Assembly: GCA_025558095.1 (NCBI GenBank) | Contig: JAIVFI010000019.1 | Location: 62,001 to 126,000 of the forward strand | Length of the DNA: 64,000 bases | Direction of reading: 5' to 3' | Origin: Hyaloraphidium curvatum SAG 235-1 | Lineage: Eukaryota > Fungi > Monoblepharomycota | In this document: positions 12,703 to 24,906 of the stretch, one piece after another | Layout of the letters: the number at the start of each line of letters is the position of its first letter | Numbering within the stretch: the stretch's first letter is position 1 | Notes under the pieces: generated by a model | What the model was told of the DNA's origin: nothing | What the model saw: the letters and a program-made list of their open reading frames with translations, nothing else | Database searches by the model: none | Made by a program: the position numbers and the translations under genes

Positions 12703-14898
12703 ATGGCCCCCGCCGCCGCCGGGCCCGTGCCGGACGACTATCCCAAGGCCGTCACCGGCCGGAGCCTGAACACACTGTTCCTCCTGTCCCTGGTCGCCTT
12801 CCTCTGCTCGGCAACCTACGGCTACGATGGCTCGCTCATGTCGGGCATCAACGCCATGTACGTTTCAATCATCTGGGCAGCTCGCGGGCGCCGTGGCAGG
12901 TTGCTGACCGCACCTCCCAATCACGTGCGACCTCTACAGGAGCCAGTACCAGGACTTCTTCGGGTAGGCAGGGCCTTTCTTGTGCTTGGCTTGCTTCTTC
13001 TGATTCCGGACTTGCAGCGTCCAGCCCACCGGTGCCATGACCTCGCTCATCTTCTCCATCTACGTGGGTATCTTCAGGGTTTGTTCGACGCCTCTGACCC
13101 CTCCGGCGCAGAACGTCGGCAACATCTGCGCCGTGCCATTCTCGGGCCCCATCGCCGATCGCTTCGGCCGCAAGATCAGCATGGCCATCGGCTGCGGCAT
13201 CATCGTCGTCGGCGCCATCATCAACGGCACCTCGACCGTGCTGGCGCAGTTCATCGTCGGCCGGTTCGTCCTCGGCTTCGGCATCTGCATCGCCTCGGTC
13301 GGCGCGCCGTCGTGGGTCGTCGAGACCACGCCGCCCGAGTACCGCGGGCGCGTGACGGGCCTGTACAACACCTTCTGGTGCGTCTTTCCTCGCTTGCCGT
13401 CCCGATTAGCGGCTGACCCCGTCCCGCAGGTGGGTCGGCAACATCACGGCTTCGTGGACTCTCTACGGCACCGCCTACATCCAATCCGAATGGGCCTGGC
13501 GCATCCCGCTCTTCCTCCAATGCATCTTCGGCGGCTCCGTCTGCTTCCTCGTCTGGCTTCTGCCCGAGTCCCCCCGCTGGCTCGTGGCCAAGGGCCGCAA
13601 CGACGAGGCCCGCGCCGTGTTCACCAAGTACCACGGCGCCGGCGATCCCAACCACCCGATCGTGACGGTGCAGATGGAGGAGCTCATCGCGGCGCAGGAG
13701 GAGGAGGCGCGCAGGAAGGAGGCCGAAGCCGCCGTCACCTCGAGCAAGGGCGGCATCTCGCAGTACATCGGAGATTACTCGCCGCTCTACAACTCGCGCT
13801 CGGCGCTCTACCGCACCTTCATCCTCGCGTGCTTCTCCATCTTTGGCCAAGGATCGGGCAACGCCGTCGTCTCGTACTTCATGCCCGTCATGCTCGACGC
13901 CGGTTGGTCTCATCTTCGCTAGCCTGATCTCTGGAATTTGCCCTAACCCTAGCGTTCCTCGTGAACTCTTCAACATGGCTATTCTTGGATCGCCCTTTCC
14001 GAAGCTGGCATCACGGACCAATCGACGCAGCTCCTGCTGAACGCCATCAACTCGGTGCTCTCATTCTCGTCCGCCGTCACGGGCGCCTCGCTCATGGACA
14101 AGTTCGGCCGCCGCCCCCTGCTGCTCACCTCGACCTCGCTCGCCACCCTGCTCTTCACCGGCATCACCATCACCTCTGCGCTCGCTGCCGAGTCGACGAA
14201 CGTCAACTCGTCCCTTGGCACGGCGACGGTGGTGCTCATCTACGCCTTCGGCATCGTCTTCTCCTTCGCGTGGACCCCGATGCAGGTCCTCGGCCCCGCC
14301 GAGGTGCTCTCGAACGAGGCCCGCGCTAAAGGGATGAGCTTGAACAACCTTTTGGTCAATGCTGCTGGATTCTTCAACTCTTTTGTGACGCCGATCGCCA
14401 TGGGCGCGCTCGGGTGGTACGTGCTGCTGGCCTTCGCTTCGTGGACTCGTCTCCTGACGGGATCTTGATTGCATTCGCAGGAAGTGGTACATCTTTTACG
14501 TCATTTGGGACACACTCGAGGTCATCACCATCTACTTCTTCTTCCCCGAGACCAAGGGCCGCACCCTCGAGGAGCTCAACGCCGTCTTCGAGGCCAAGAA
14601 CCCCGTCAAGGAGTCTCTCAAGCCCCGCGCCGCCCCCGTGCTCGCAGAAGGCGAAGAAACGGTGCCAGAGGTCGCCGCGATCCCCAAGATGACCGACCTG
14701 GTGCGCGTGCCGACGGTGCCCGGGTTCCTGCCCGTCGCGCGCGTCGGCACGGGCGAGGACCGCTCGACCAACCAGCTGCGGAAGCGCACGATGACGGCGA
14801 CGGCTCTCGAGGCCGGGATGGCGGGCGAATCGGTTCAGCTCGGTGAGACGGCGCCGAAGATCGATGCGGTGCAGACGGATGTGGCGGCGCCGAAGTGA
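12703..14898 (+). CDS. MFS sugar porter, lactose permease/cellodextrin transporter (LAC12/CDT-like), multi-exon
   Basis: [88 protein letters not shown] and QxSGN are typical of the LAC12/CDT clade. Confidence 0.92.
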
Positions 14899-15307
14899 GG
14901 GTGATCGGAGGGGAAAAAAACGGCATTGTACATGCAGTCTGGGCCGCACAAGCTCATCGAGTGGAAAACTGTGATATCGCGGATGTCCTCCGCATTAACA
15001 TGCGTGCATCGTGCGCTGTTGCGGGAGGTCGAACCGTCGAGTCATCGCGATTGGCCGTCGGACGTCAGACCAACAATCCACTGGAACGGACGGCGGCAGA
15101 GCGCCAAATCGCCGGCTGCGGCCCAGATCGGCTTGTGGCCCTGTGTTTCAACGGGCCGTCGGCGGCTTCAGCACCATTTTTCTTGCGGGTGGCGTCAGAG
15201 AGACGAGGGCCCCGGAGCCAACGGACCCTGACCCCGAACTGACGGCCGTCCATTTGTCCCCCCCACATCTCCGCCGCCCCGCGCTGCCGCCCTCCGCGTT
15301 TCCCGCC

Positions 15308-16665
15308 ATGGCCGCATCGCAGCCCGCCGCGCCCGCTGCCGGGGAGTTCGACTTCACGTCGCACCCGCACCGGCGGTACAACCCGCTCAACGACACCTGG
15401 GTACTCGTCTCGCCGCACCGCGCCAAGCGGCCGTGGCTGGGCCAGACAGAGCAGCTGCCGCCCGACGACCGCCCGGAGTACGACCCCAAGTGGGATTCGC
15501 GAACTGCGGTTGCGGGGCACCCGTTTAACTCGTCGAACCCCACGACGGCAGGTGCTACCTGTGCCCCGGCAACGCCCGCTCCTCCGGCGCCGTCTCCAAC
15601 CCGCCGTACACGACCACCTACGTCTTCACCAACGACTTCCCCGCGCTGCTCCCGTCGCAGCCGCCCTACTCCCCCGCCGGCTCGCGCGAGGCCATCGGGC
15701 TCACCCCCGACCGCGCAGGCCTGCTCGACTCGCTCTACAAGGTCGAGGGGGACATGGGAACGTCGCGCGTGGTGTGCTTCTCGCCACGGCACGACCTGAC
15801 GCTCGCCGAGATGTCGGCCAAGGACCTCGAGGCCGTGGTGGACGTGTGGGTCGAGCAGTACAACGACCTGGCGACGCTGCCGTACGTGGGGTACGTGCAG
15901 ATCTTCGAGAACAAGGGCGCGGTGATGGGGTGCTCGGCGCCGCACCCGCACGGGCAGGTTCGTGGAGCCTGCCGCGCGTCCCCGGCCGCGTCTGAACGCG
16001 TCCGCAGATCTGGGCGACCGAGGAGGTCCCCACCGAGCCCGCCAAGGAGATATCGGCCTTCAAGAAGTACAAGGAAAAGAACGGCACCTGCCTCATGTGC
16101 GACTACGTGGCCAGCGAGCTCGCCGGGTCGAAGGCCCGGATCGTGTGCGAGAACGACTCGTTCGTGGCCATGGTGCCCTTCTGGGCCGTCTGGTGGGCAT
16201 ATTCTGCACCGCTATCGTCGCAGCTCACGCCTGACGCGCTTTGTGTGCAGGCCGTACGAGGTCATGATCGCAAGCAAGCGGCACCTCGCCGCCCTCCCGG
16301 ACCTCTCGGACAAGGAACGCGCCGACTACGCCGACCTGCTCCGCCGCGTGACGTGCCGGTACGACGACGTGTTCAAGTGCCCGTTCCCGTACTCGGCGGG
16401 GATCCACCAGAGCCCCACGGGCAAGGAGAAGACGGGCGATTTCCACCTGCACCACCACTTCTACCCGCCGCTGCTGAGGAGCGCAACGGTGAAGAAGTTC
16501 CTCGTCGGGTGCGTATTCCGCTCGGCATTGCAGTGGACGGTGCTGATCGTTTGGTGCTCCAGGTTCGAGATGCTCGGCGAGTCGCAGAGGGACCTGACTG
16601 CGGAGCAGGCGGCCGAGAGGCTGCGCGGGTGCTCCGAGGTGCACTACAAGCATGCGCAGAAGTAA
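15308..16665 (+). CDS. GAL7: Galactose-1-phosphate uridylyltransferase, multi-exon
   Basis: [57 protein letters not shown] (HPH catalytic), [28 protein letters not shown]. Confidence 0.97.
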
Positions 16666-16708
16666 AGGGCTGGCGGATGCCGTAGAGTGCGCAACAAAAA
16701 AGGTCTTC

Positions 16709-17297
16709 TTATTGTGTATGTACAGCGACCACAGTCAATACAGCTTCCATCTGCGGCGCACCTCCACGATGGAGGCGCAGAGAAGAACGAAGAGGCCGAA
16801 AGTGAGTCCAGCTGTTGGAATCCACACGCCAGCGAGGCGACGCTCCGATTCCAGTAGAAGAGGATAGTCGGCTCTGCATAGAACGTCTGTGCAGTGCAAA
16901 ATGAGAAAACAGATGTACGAAAAATAGAGGATCCGGTACACGTAAGTATCCAAGCATCCGTTGCCGCACCTGAGCAGGAAGATGCGGAAGCCCAGAAGGA
17001 GAGTGACCGGTAGATTCCAGAACAATACGCAAAAGAAGCACTGTCCACGCGAACTTAAGTGCGTTCCACAGCGCGCCCAGGAAGGTAAAGAGAGCGGCTG
17101 CGGCAACGGCCAAGAAGGGGACGAGTGCCGCTGCAACCACGACCATCAAGAGGAGCACGGCTTCGTCCGGCCACGCGCCGATGCCATGGCAGTACTGCAC
17201 CAGCGCCCCCCGCGTATGCACCGCCACCGTGACCGAGAGACCGGAGCCGAACGAGCCAAACAGGGCGGCGACGTCTTCGAGGAAGGAGCCAGACATC
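16709..17297 (-). CDS. Hypothetical small membrane protein (structure uncertain)
   Basis: ORF from MSGSFLEDVAALF with a long hydrophobic stretch; 3' exon structure unresolved. Confidence 0.3.
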
Positions 17298-17685
17298 GTA
17301 GACTTCGTGGTTGGGATCGCAAACAAGATTGGGTATGGTCTCTGATTGTTCGCGCGCGCGCCCGCGCTTTTGTATGAGAGCGCAGTCGCATGGGCGCAGT
17401 TGGAGGCCCTCCGACACATGAATCACACCAGGGCCATGATGGCGCCCTGGAAACCAGAGAGCGATCTCCTTATGGACCTGCAACAATCAGTGCAGATTTT
17501 GCCTTTGCCAAACATCCTTTCCGTGATAGAATTGACCGGAAAACCGATGCATACATAACAGTTCCCCTGCTACCGTAGGTGCCCGTTCCCAAAGTACGGT
17601 TCCATGACTTCCAGTTCCCAAACTCGGCGCCTTCGTTCATGCCTGCGCCGCCGTGAAAGAATCCGGGACCGATCGCTCCCGCCGC

Positions 17686-18696
17686 TCACCCAGGAAGCTC
17701 CGGGTCGCACTCTCCCGCCGCCGGGTTGAACCGGTACCCGTTACAGTTCCCTGGTCTCCGGTAGTTGCACGCGACGATGACCCCGCCCTGCCACCCCGCG
17801 CCGAGTTTGGAGCAGCCCGCCTCGTTCTGAGCGCAGTCGCGGCAAGGGGCGTTGGCGGGGACGGTGGCTTGGGCGCAGCCGACGTAGCCGGTGTTTTCCC
17901 ACATGACCTGTGGGGGGCGGAGGGGTGAGCCGGGATGCGGATGAGCATCAAAACGGCTACTCGCCTGCGTGTAATGGCCGCATACTCCGCCGACGCAGTC
18001 GCCGTTCCCGCTGGGATCGTAGAAGGAGATCTCCTCCTCGACCCAGCTCCGCAGCACCGCCTCGCCGGTGACAGCCGATCCCCACGCGGCGAACAGGTTC
18101 TGCCCCGCGCGGTAGCCCGCCGACGCCGGGGGATGCTCGAAATCGCACTGCGCGGCGAGGATGTCTGCCCATTCCTTGGCCTGGCCCTCGAGGAAGTCCG
18201 AGTACTGCAGCGCCGGCACGGGGCCGCCCATGGCCGGGTTGGCGCGGCGCGAGTTGTGCGAGGCGAGGAGCTGCGCGCCCAGCGAAGCGGAGGGCGGGCG
18301 GGTGGTCACCGGGCGGCGGCTGGTGATCGCCGGAGGGCGCCGCGTGGTGGTCTTGCGGCGGGTGGTCGTTTTGCGCCGCGTAGTGGTCTTTCTCCGCGTG
18401 GTCGTCCTTCTCCGCTTTGTGGTGGTCTTGCGCCGCCTCGTCGTCGTCTTCTTGAGCTGGCGCGGAGCGAGGACGGGTGCAGCGTCGCCGGCGAGCCCGA
18501 CGCCGCCCGCCGGCTCCAGTGAATCCGCCGACCGTGAATCCGCCGACCGGGGCCGCAGGAACGGGAGACCGTCCGGCCAGGAGGCGTCGGTGCGCATCTT
18601 GATCGGCGCCGGGGGGACCGCCGACGCGGGGGGGGCGATGGCGCACAGCGAGAGTGCTATGGCGGCGGGCAGCGCAGCGGCCCAGAACGACCGCAT
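17686..18696 (-). CDS. Secreted CAP/SCP/PR-1 protein with Lys/Arg/Thr-rich linker
   Basis: Signal peptide MRSFWAAALPAAIALSLCAI, LASHNSRRA, CDFEH, GQNLF, CGHYTQ|VMWENTGYVGCA, ACNYRRPGN. In-frame GC-AG intron 17908-17964. Confidence 0.92.
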   Translation of the reverse strand: MRSFWAAALPAAIALSLCAIAPPASAVPPAPIKMRTDASWPDGLPFLRPRSADSRSADSLEPAGGVGLAGDAAPVLAPRQLKKTTTRRRKTTTKRRRTTTRRKTTTRRKTTTRRKTTTRRPPAITSRRPVTTRPPSASLGAQLLASHNSRRANPAMGGPVPALQYSDFLEGQAKEWADILAAQCDFEHPPASAGYRAGQNLFAAWGSAVTGEAVLRSWVEEEISFYDPSGNGDCVGGVCGHYTQASSRFDAHPHPGSPLRPPQVMWENTGYVGCAQATVPANAPCRDCAQNEAGCSKLGAGWQGGVIVACNYRRPGNCNGYRFNPAAGECDPELPG

Positions 18697-19242
18697 GGCG
18701 GGTGCGTCCAAAGGAGCGAGAGTGCCAAGTAGCGTGAAGCGGCTAGCGGGGAGCCGCGGTCGGTTGTTGGAGGTGCTGTGCGTTTTGCGGCAGGGGTTGC
18801 GGGGTGCGGGCGGCGAGCGGTCAGCCGCCGCCTTGCGAGGCGGAGCTCTGCACCGCCAGAGAGCCCCACGTCCCAAAGGCCCCAAAGGCATAGGGAAAGG
18901 CGAGAAAATGGCCGCGATAGCACTGGTCCACCTAGCATAGCATCGGCCCAGTGATCGCGGGGCCGTCTAGCGGTGACCTGCAAGTGGTCTGACGATGATG
19001 GGACGTTCTCACCTAAGGAACATTCCCCGCCACCAAGTCCATTGCCAAGACGACGATGTGCCCTCTCGAGATACCCAAAATGACCATTCGAGGCACAACA
19101 GCAATCGCCACGGCCTGCCTCGTAGGGACGCTCTTCCGCCGAAAGTCCCTCCACACCAGCCTCCAACGTCACAAACTCCCGCGCTCTCCGGAGCCCGCAG
19201 CCCGTTCCAGCGCTCGGACACCGTGCCGCGATGCGCTCGGCC

Positions 19243-21375
19243 ATGCGGCGCCGCCGACCTCCCGGGGCCGCGAGCCCGCCGGGCGCCGCGCCCCCCCGCC
19301 GCGGCCCCTCCCCGCTCTCCCTCCCCTTCGCCGTCGTCGCCGCCCTCCTCGCCCTCCTCCTCCCTCCCGCCCTGGCCTACGACTTCTCCAACACCCCCAC
19401 GATTAACGCCATGGGCTCGTGCCAGTCGGCCGCCCCCGGGAGCATCCCGCAGCTCGACATGCCGCGGACCAACATGTCCCGCAACGCCGTCAACATCGTC
19501 GCCGCCACGCAGCCCGTGCCCGGCCGCAAGATGGTGGCGTACCTCGGAACGGGGGCCAGGGACCAGAACTGCTTCGCGGGGAACCCGATCGCGGACCCGC
19601 AGGGGTGCAGGTACTTCATCGCGATCCAGGGGACCTGGCAGTCGATGCGCAACTGCGGGTGGAGCGGGCCGACCATCAACGGGTCGTTCGAGATCCGGAC
19701 AAACACAATCTGTGGGTGTCTCGTGCCATGGCGTGGGGGCGGGCCTGTCCTGCCGCACCTGCGAGGCATTTTGGAAACGGTCGACTAACCCTCCTGGCCC
19801 CCCAGGGCTCGAATGGGAGGACGTGTACCCCGGCAACATCCGCCGCCCATCCAAGGTCCCGTACCAGGTGTCTATCGCCCTCCCGACCACCGTGACGGTG
19901 TCGGCCAACGTCACTGTGCTCGAGGAGTCGGGCATTAGGAACTTCAACCTCACGGGCATCTCGTACGAAAACACGGGGACGGGGTCCAAGTACCTGTTCA
20001 TTGACTTCACGATGTTCTCGCGCTGGTGCGTGCCTTTGCCGCGCACCATTTTCGCATGGCTGACCGTCGCTGGCACGCAGGCCAAACAACCTCACCCTGG
20101 CCGAGGGCGGCTTCCTCACCACGCCCGGCTTCCCCGGCAAGGCCGACATATTCTCGTACCAGCTCCCCACCTGCAGAAAGACCGACGGCTCGCAGAGCCC
20201 CTTCACGACGCAGGACTTTTGCTTCCAGACCGGCACCGTGCGCCTCGAGATCGGCGACCAGTGCCAGGTCGGCGGCGCGTACCGCTTCGCCTTCGACACC
20301 AACTGCTTCCCCGGCGCGGCCAACGTCAGCGACTGCAGGGGCAAGGTGCTGACCGCCGAGGCCTTTGTCGGCTCGGCCAACGCCACGGGCCAGCTGGATC
20401 TGGACGTCTGCCGCGCCATCCTCAACACTGTCGCGCAGGTCAACGGGACCATGGTCGCCGACCGGCCGGGCGGGTACTTCTTCGGCGACACGGTCACGCT
20501 CGTTGCTACCTTCTCCTCGCCCGACCTGCCCATTTTCGAGTCCCGGCTGACGGAGCTGGTCATGCAGCGCCGCACCGTCCGGCGCACGCCCAACGTCGGC
20601 AGCCCCTCGGAGCTGGACCGCAATACCAACACCACCGTGTACTTTTCCCAGCTGGGCCCCGCCAACGACCCCGGCGGTGCCACCGTGCTCGGCCGGAACA
20701 CCAACTTCTCCTACGTACCGGGGGCAAACACCGTCATCATGCGGATGGTGCCCAACATGCTGCCCGCCGCGCCGGGACTCAACTACAACCCGGATTCGTA
20801 CCTGACCACGGACGACTTTGACTCGATCACCACGTTCGGGTACTTTGCGGTACGCTATCAAACACCCTCCGCAGTCGCACGTTCGTTGACTTTTGCCGTC
20901 CCGGACGTAGGTCTTCCGCATCTACTTCGACTCCGTCGCCTCGGGCGGCCAGCGCCGGCGCCGCCTCGCGTACCGGCAGTCCCGCCTCCCCTCCTCCTCC
21001 ATCCGCCAGACGATCGAGCAGCGCACCGACGTCCAGGCGTCCGTCACGGTCCCGCAGGACCCCGACGCCGTCCCGTCGCCCACCCCCGTCGCGGAACCGG
21101 CACCGGCGCAGCAAGGGGGGCTGTCGACGCCCGCGGTGATCGGCATCAGCATCGGCGTGGCGGTGCTCGCGATCCTGTGCATCGCGCTGATCCTGGGGAT
21201 GGTCGCGCGGAGGAGGCGGCGGCGGAAGGTGGAGGAGGAGGAGGAGCTGCGCGCGCTGGCCAAGGAGAGGGTGCACTACGGGGGCAACGCGGAGAAGGAG
21301 GCGCCGACGTGGCAGCAGGTGCAGGCGGGGTCGGGGGAGCAGACGGCGTCGTGGGGCAGCCAGACCGGCGCGTAG
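19243..21375 (+). CDS. Type I membrane glycoprotein, Cys-containing beta-rich ectodomain, polybasic site before the TM, 4 exons
   Basis: Signal peptide ending PPALA-YDF, many N-x-S/T sequons, QRRRRLAYR, TM VIGISIGVAVLAILCIALILGMVA then RRRRRRK. Introns at ~19713-19805, ~20026-20080 and ~20850-20910. Confidence 0.75.
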
Positions 21376-21434
21376 AAGGATGTTGTTTCCAATCCGTCTA
21401 TTTGGAACGAGTTCCGTGACCAGCTGAATGCCTT

Positions 21435-22455
21435 CTATGCTTTGTCGTTGCCCGATGCCCCCGCGACTGCCGCCTGCCGCACGTTGTCCTTGAGCTTCGC
21501 GATTCCCTCGCTGAAGTTGCCCGGCCGCACCCTCGAAATGACCTGCTCGGCGCCGAACCCGACCGGCGGGTACTCTTTCGCCACGCCGCCCTCTCCGCAC
21601 AGCACCAGGCACGTCCCCCTCTCGTCCTCCCCCTCGACAAGCCTCACGAACGCGTCGATCGTTGCCTCCATGGGCGTCCAGTAGCCGTACGGAGGCAGAA
21701 CGTCCTTGTACAGCGGATGCGATTCGGCTTCCTTGGGGTTAGCGCCGTAGCCGGCCTTGGAAAAGATGGAGGTCCAGACGAACGAGGGCGCGAGGCACGA
21801 AAAGCGCTGGGGGGAGCGCGACAGGCCGAGGGTCCCAGCGTGGAACTCGGCGTTACCCTGCATGAAGTCGATGAAGGAGATGATGCCACCCTTGGCCGCC
21901 GCGTCTGTTGGAAGGGTCAAGGGCGTTTCGCTGGTTTCGGCACGCCATTTGCCCACATGCGATCCATTCGGGCGCCTGGAAGTCGCGGAACAGGCCGTGG
22001 AGCCCGGCAAACGACGCGTTGGCGACGAAAGAGGCTGGCTTGCCTGTCTCCCGCCAGTGGTTGGCCGCGGCCTTGCCGAGGGCCATGGTCCCGCACAGAT
22101 TTCCGTTGACCTGGTCCAGCCAGAACTTGTCGTCGGCCGTAAAGAAGTTTTCGGGGATCTGGAAGCCGGCGTTCGCGAAAACAATGTCGACACTCCCGAA
22201 GGCGGCGACGCCGGCTTCGAACGAGGAATAGATGGACGACAGGTCCAGCAGGTCCATCTTATGAAACACGAGGTCGCCCTCCTCGACGCCGTGCTTCCGT
22301 CTCAGTTCCGGCAGCAGCTTCTCCGCGACGGCCTCGCTTCTGTTCGCCACGAGCACTCGGGCGCCCAGTTGGAGCAGACGCTCCACGGCGGCGAGGCCAA
22401 TGCCTTCGGTGCCTCCCGTGACCAGCGCTGCTTTGCCGCGTATGGAGAAAGCCAT
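21435..22455 (-). CDS. Short-chain dehydrogenase/reductase (15-PGDH-like)
   Basis: ALVTGGTEGIG, DIVFANAG, VNGNLCGT, NASFAG, spliced YAAAKGG; one intron at ~21905-21958. Confidence 0.88.
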
Positions 22456-22554
22456 TGCGATGGCTTCAGTCTAGTTTGGGAGAGGTTTCGGCGATGCGGA
22501 TCCGGTTGCCACCTCGACCGGCGACAAACCACCGCGCCGCCTAGGCAAATGCGG

Positions 22555-23240
22555 AATCTTCCCGCTACCTTCTGAGTTGCATTCACATGCGATGCTTCTC
22601 AAACACTTAAGAAGCGACAGTGATGGAGCCCGTAGGCGCGCCGGTTCGCGTCGGCTCGCCTTTCTTTACTCAGGTGACAGACGCCATAGCGTAGATCGAT
22701 GCTGTTTCCGTTTCGTACGACCGTTTGTTGGGAAAGATTGAGCTGCGGCCTCGTACATGCCTAGACCGACATTAGAAACCCGGACATGCAAAGTCCAGGG
22801 TCACAAAGGCGCCGCCGCCGCGGAGGAAGCTCCAAAGCGCCACGCCGACAGTCAGCATAGTCACGACCATGGTCCTCAGAGTCGTAAATGTGACGACGAA
22901 TCCGAGGATCCGGCCCTTCCACTGGTCGACGTCCATATAGGTTTTCAGCAACGGTCGTCAGCCTCAATGAGCGCGAGGTATGCCTCCAGCCGCGAAGTCG
23001 GGGGGAAGCGCCGCCGTGCCTTTGCACAAAGCTCGCGAAGCGACCGACGGGCGGTGCGATACAGCTCCGTGACGCCCGAGATGTGCTGGTTGGCCACGGC
23101 AACGTTGACCATGTCCGACGCGGTTCCAACGCCGAGGTACGCGAACATGCCGAGGACGTACGGGACGCAGTTGCCCACGGCGACGTTGATGACAGCGGCG
23201 AGGAGGGTGCCGAGGACGTAGAAGCCGAGGTAGACGGCGC
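22555..23240. repeat. Direct segmental duplicate of ~26290-26990 (coding 3' end plus 3' flank)
   Basis: Shared aatcttcccgctacctt...cacatgcgatg...ctggtcgacgtccat blocks in both places. Confidence 0.85.
22772..23240 (-). pseudogene. 5'-truncated, frameshifted copy of the 7-TM gene at 26521-28116 (TM5-TM7 part)
   Basis: Near-identical to 26521-26990, but with indels (e.g. ~22950) and no upstream coding sequence. Confidence 0.85.
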
Positions 23241-23779
23241 TAAGATGCAAGGTCAGAGCGGCTTGTCAAGATCGGTCGTCCGAATCTGATCTCGCGCACG
23301 TGGCAGGTGGCTTTCTACTGCTCGAAGGGGTGCCAGAAGGCCGACTGGCCGAGACACAAGGACCACTGCGTGGCTCCTCCGCTCCCGAAGTAACTGGCCG
23401 GTAGGATTGCATTGCGCGGCTGCGCTCGATTCGGTGCGGTGTCTGGCTGCAAAGGTATACTACGTTTCTACTACGTTTGTGTCCAGCCGTGGACAGCAGC
23501 GAGACTTGCCCCGTAGATTTAGTCCCGTGTATCCGCATTTGACCTCCATCAGACCCAGACACTGCCCCCCGCGGATCCCAGCCCGGTGGCCTCGCCGATC
23601 CCCGGTGGTAGCCCACCGGTGCTGTTGCACCGACCTAGCACATGTGCTAAAGGCGGGCGGTCTGCGCACAGCCCGCGGACGAATCAAGGACCCGCCCAGC
23701 CGCCAGCCGCGCCCGCTGACTCAAACCACGCATTCATTCGAACAACTCCAACGAACACACCACTCTCCGCTCTCTCTCA

Positions 23780-24764
23780 ATGCATTTCGAAGCCATCTTC
23801 ATCGCGGCATTGCTTGTCGCCGCCACCCTGTCCGGTGCGCTTGTCGGGACGGCGCCGCCCGCGCGGATTCTGACTCGTCCGTCCCTCCGCGCACGCGCAG
23901 GCAACCCGGCCCTCGCCGCCCCGAGCCCCAAGTCCAACCCCCAGGCCACATGCGCGCAGTGGTGCGCCGCCTCGTTCGGCCCCGGCGGCGCGTCGCCGGC
24001 CGGCCGCAACTGCACCTCGCTCGCGGCCCAGGGCGGCGGGCCGTGCTACGGGTGCGGGCCCATGCAGCCCGCGAGGGGAACGCAGGCGTTCTGTGAGGCC
24101 CAGTGCAAGGATACGGCCTCGGACGCGGCCAACTGCGGGGGGTGCGGGAACGCCGTGGGTGCCGTCTGATGCGGGATATTCGTTGGAATGCTGATTCGGC
24201 GCGCAGTGCCCCGAAGGCTCGCGGTGTAACTCCGGCTCATGCTGTGCATCAGCAGAAGTTTATAGTGGGGTGAGTGTTGCTGTCCTCGGTCGCTCTTCGT
24301 CCGGCCTGCTTCACATCGCCGTTTTCCGCCAGCATCGTTCGACCGCCGACCTCAGGATACCTGGTTGCTCATCCGAAGGAAAGAACTTCACCGCGGTTAT
24401 TCGGAACAGCGCGTCGGCAAGGAGCATGTCTTCCATCTTCGGCTCACTGCGCCCGGAACTCCTGTTTGGAAACTTCTATTCCGCCTGGTTCGCAGCAAGA
24501 ACGGTCTTCGAGGACACGCTCGTCCGTCCCACGGGAGACAATACTCCCTATTTGATGATATATGTGCCATATTGGTACGGACACAACTCAGATGGAAAGT
24601 ACGTGGCCACGGCTCTCTTGTGCGACTGGAGCATGTACCAGGGCAAGGGGCGTCTCATGTGCACTGACCTCCAGCTTGAATTCCCTTGGGACGAACCCAT
24701 CTCGTCGGTGACGGGTCCGGACGATTTTTCGGTCGTGCTTTTTGAGCCTGCAGATGCGTGCTAG
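23780..24764 (+). CDS. Small secreted Cys-rich protein with Stig1-like motif, 3 exons
   Basis: Signal peptide MHFEAIFIAALLVAATLSG; CKDTASDAANCGGCGNA|CPEGSRCNSGSC; last exon in ORF 24270-24764. Confidence 0.65.
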
Positions 24765-24906
24765 AACGAGGTCGGCGGGGCTACGTGATCTGCGGACGTA
24801 CGGGCCTGTATTCTCCTATTCACTGTACATAGACGGACTGGGCGGGCTGCTGAGCGCTCGGGTCCGAACCGCGGCTAGCCTGGTCCAGCTCCGGTCTGGC
24901 CGGGGT

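Noticed and set aside
12019-15307. Gal4/Lac9 CGG-N11-CCG sites in the lac/gal promoters
   Set aside because: A partial manual scan found only other spacings (N5, N6, N9), and CGG/CCG triplets are abundant at this GC content.
8209-16665. Bacterial lac operon or contamination
   Set aside because: All three genes contain spliceosomal introns, and the permease is a fungal-type sugar porter, not LacY.
21435-22455. SDR as the missing UDP-galactose 4-epimerase
   Set aside because: Classical TGGxxGIG/NAG SDR without the GalE GGAGYIG and extended-SDR motifs.
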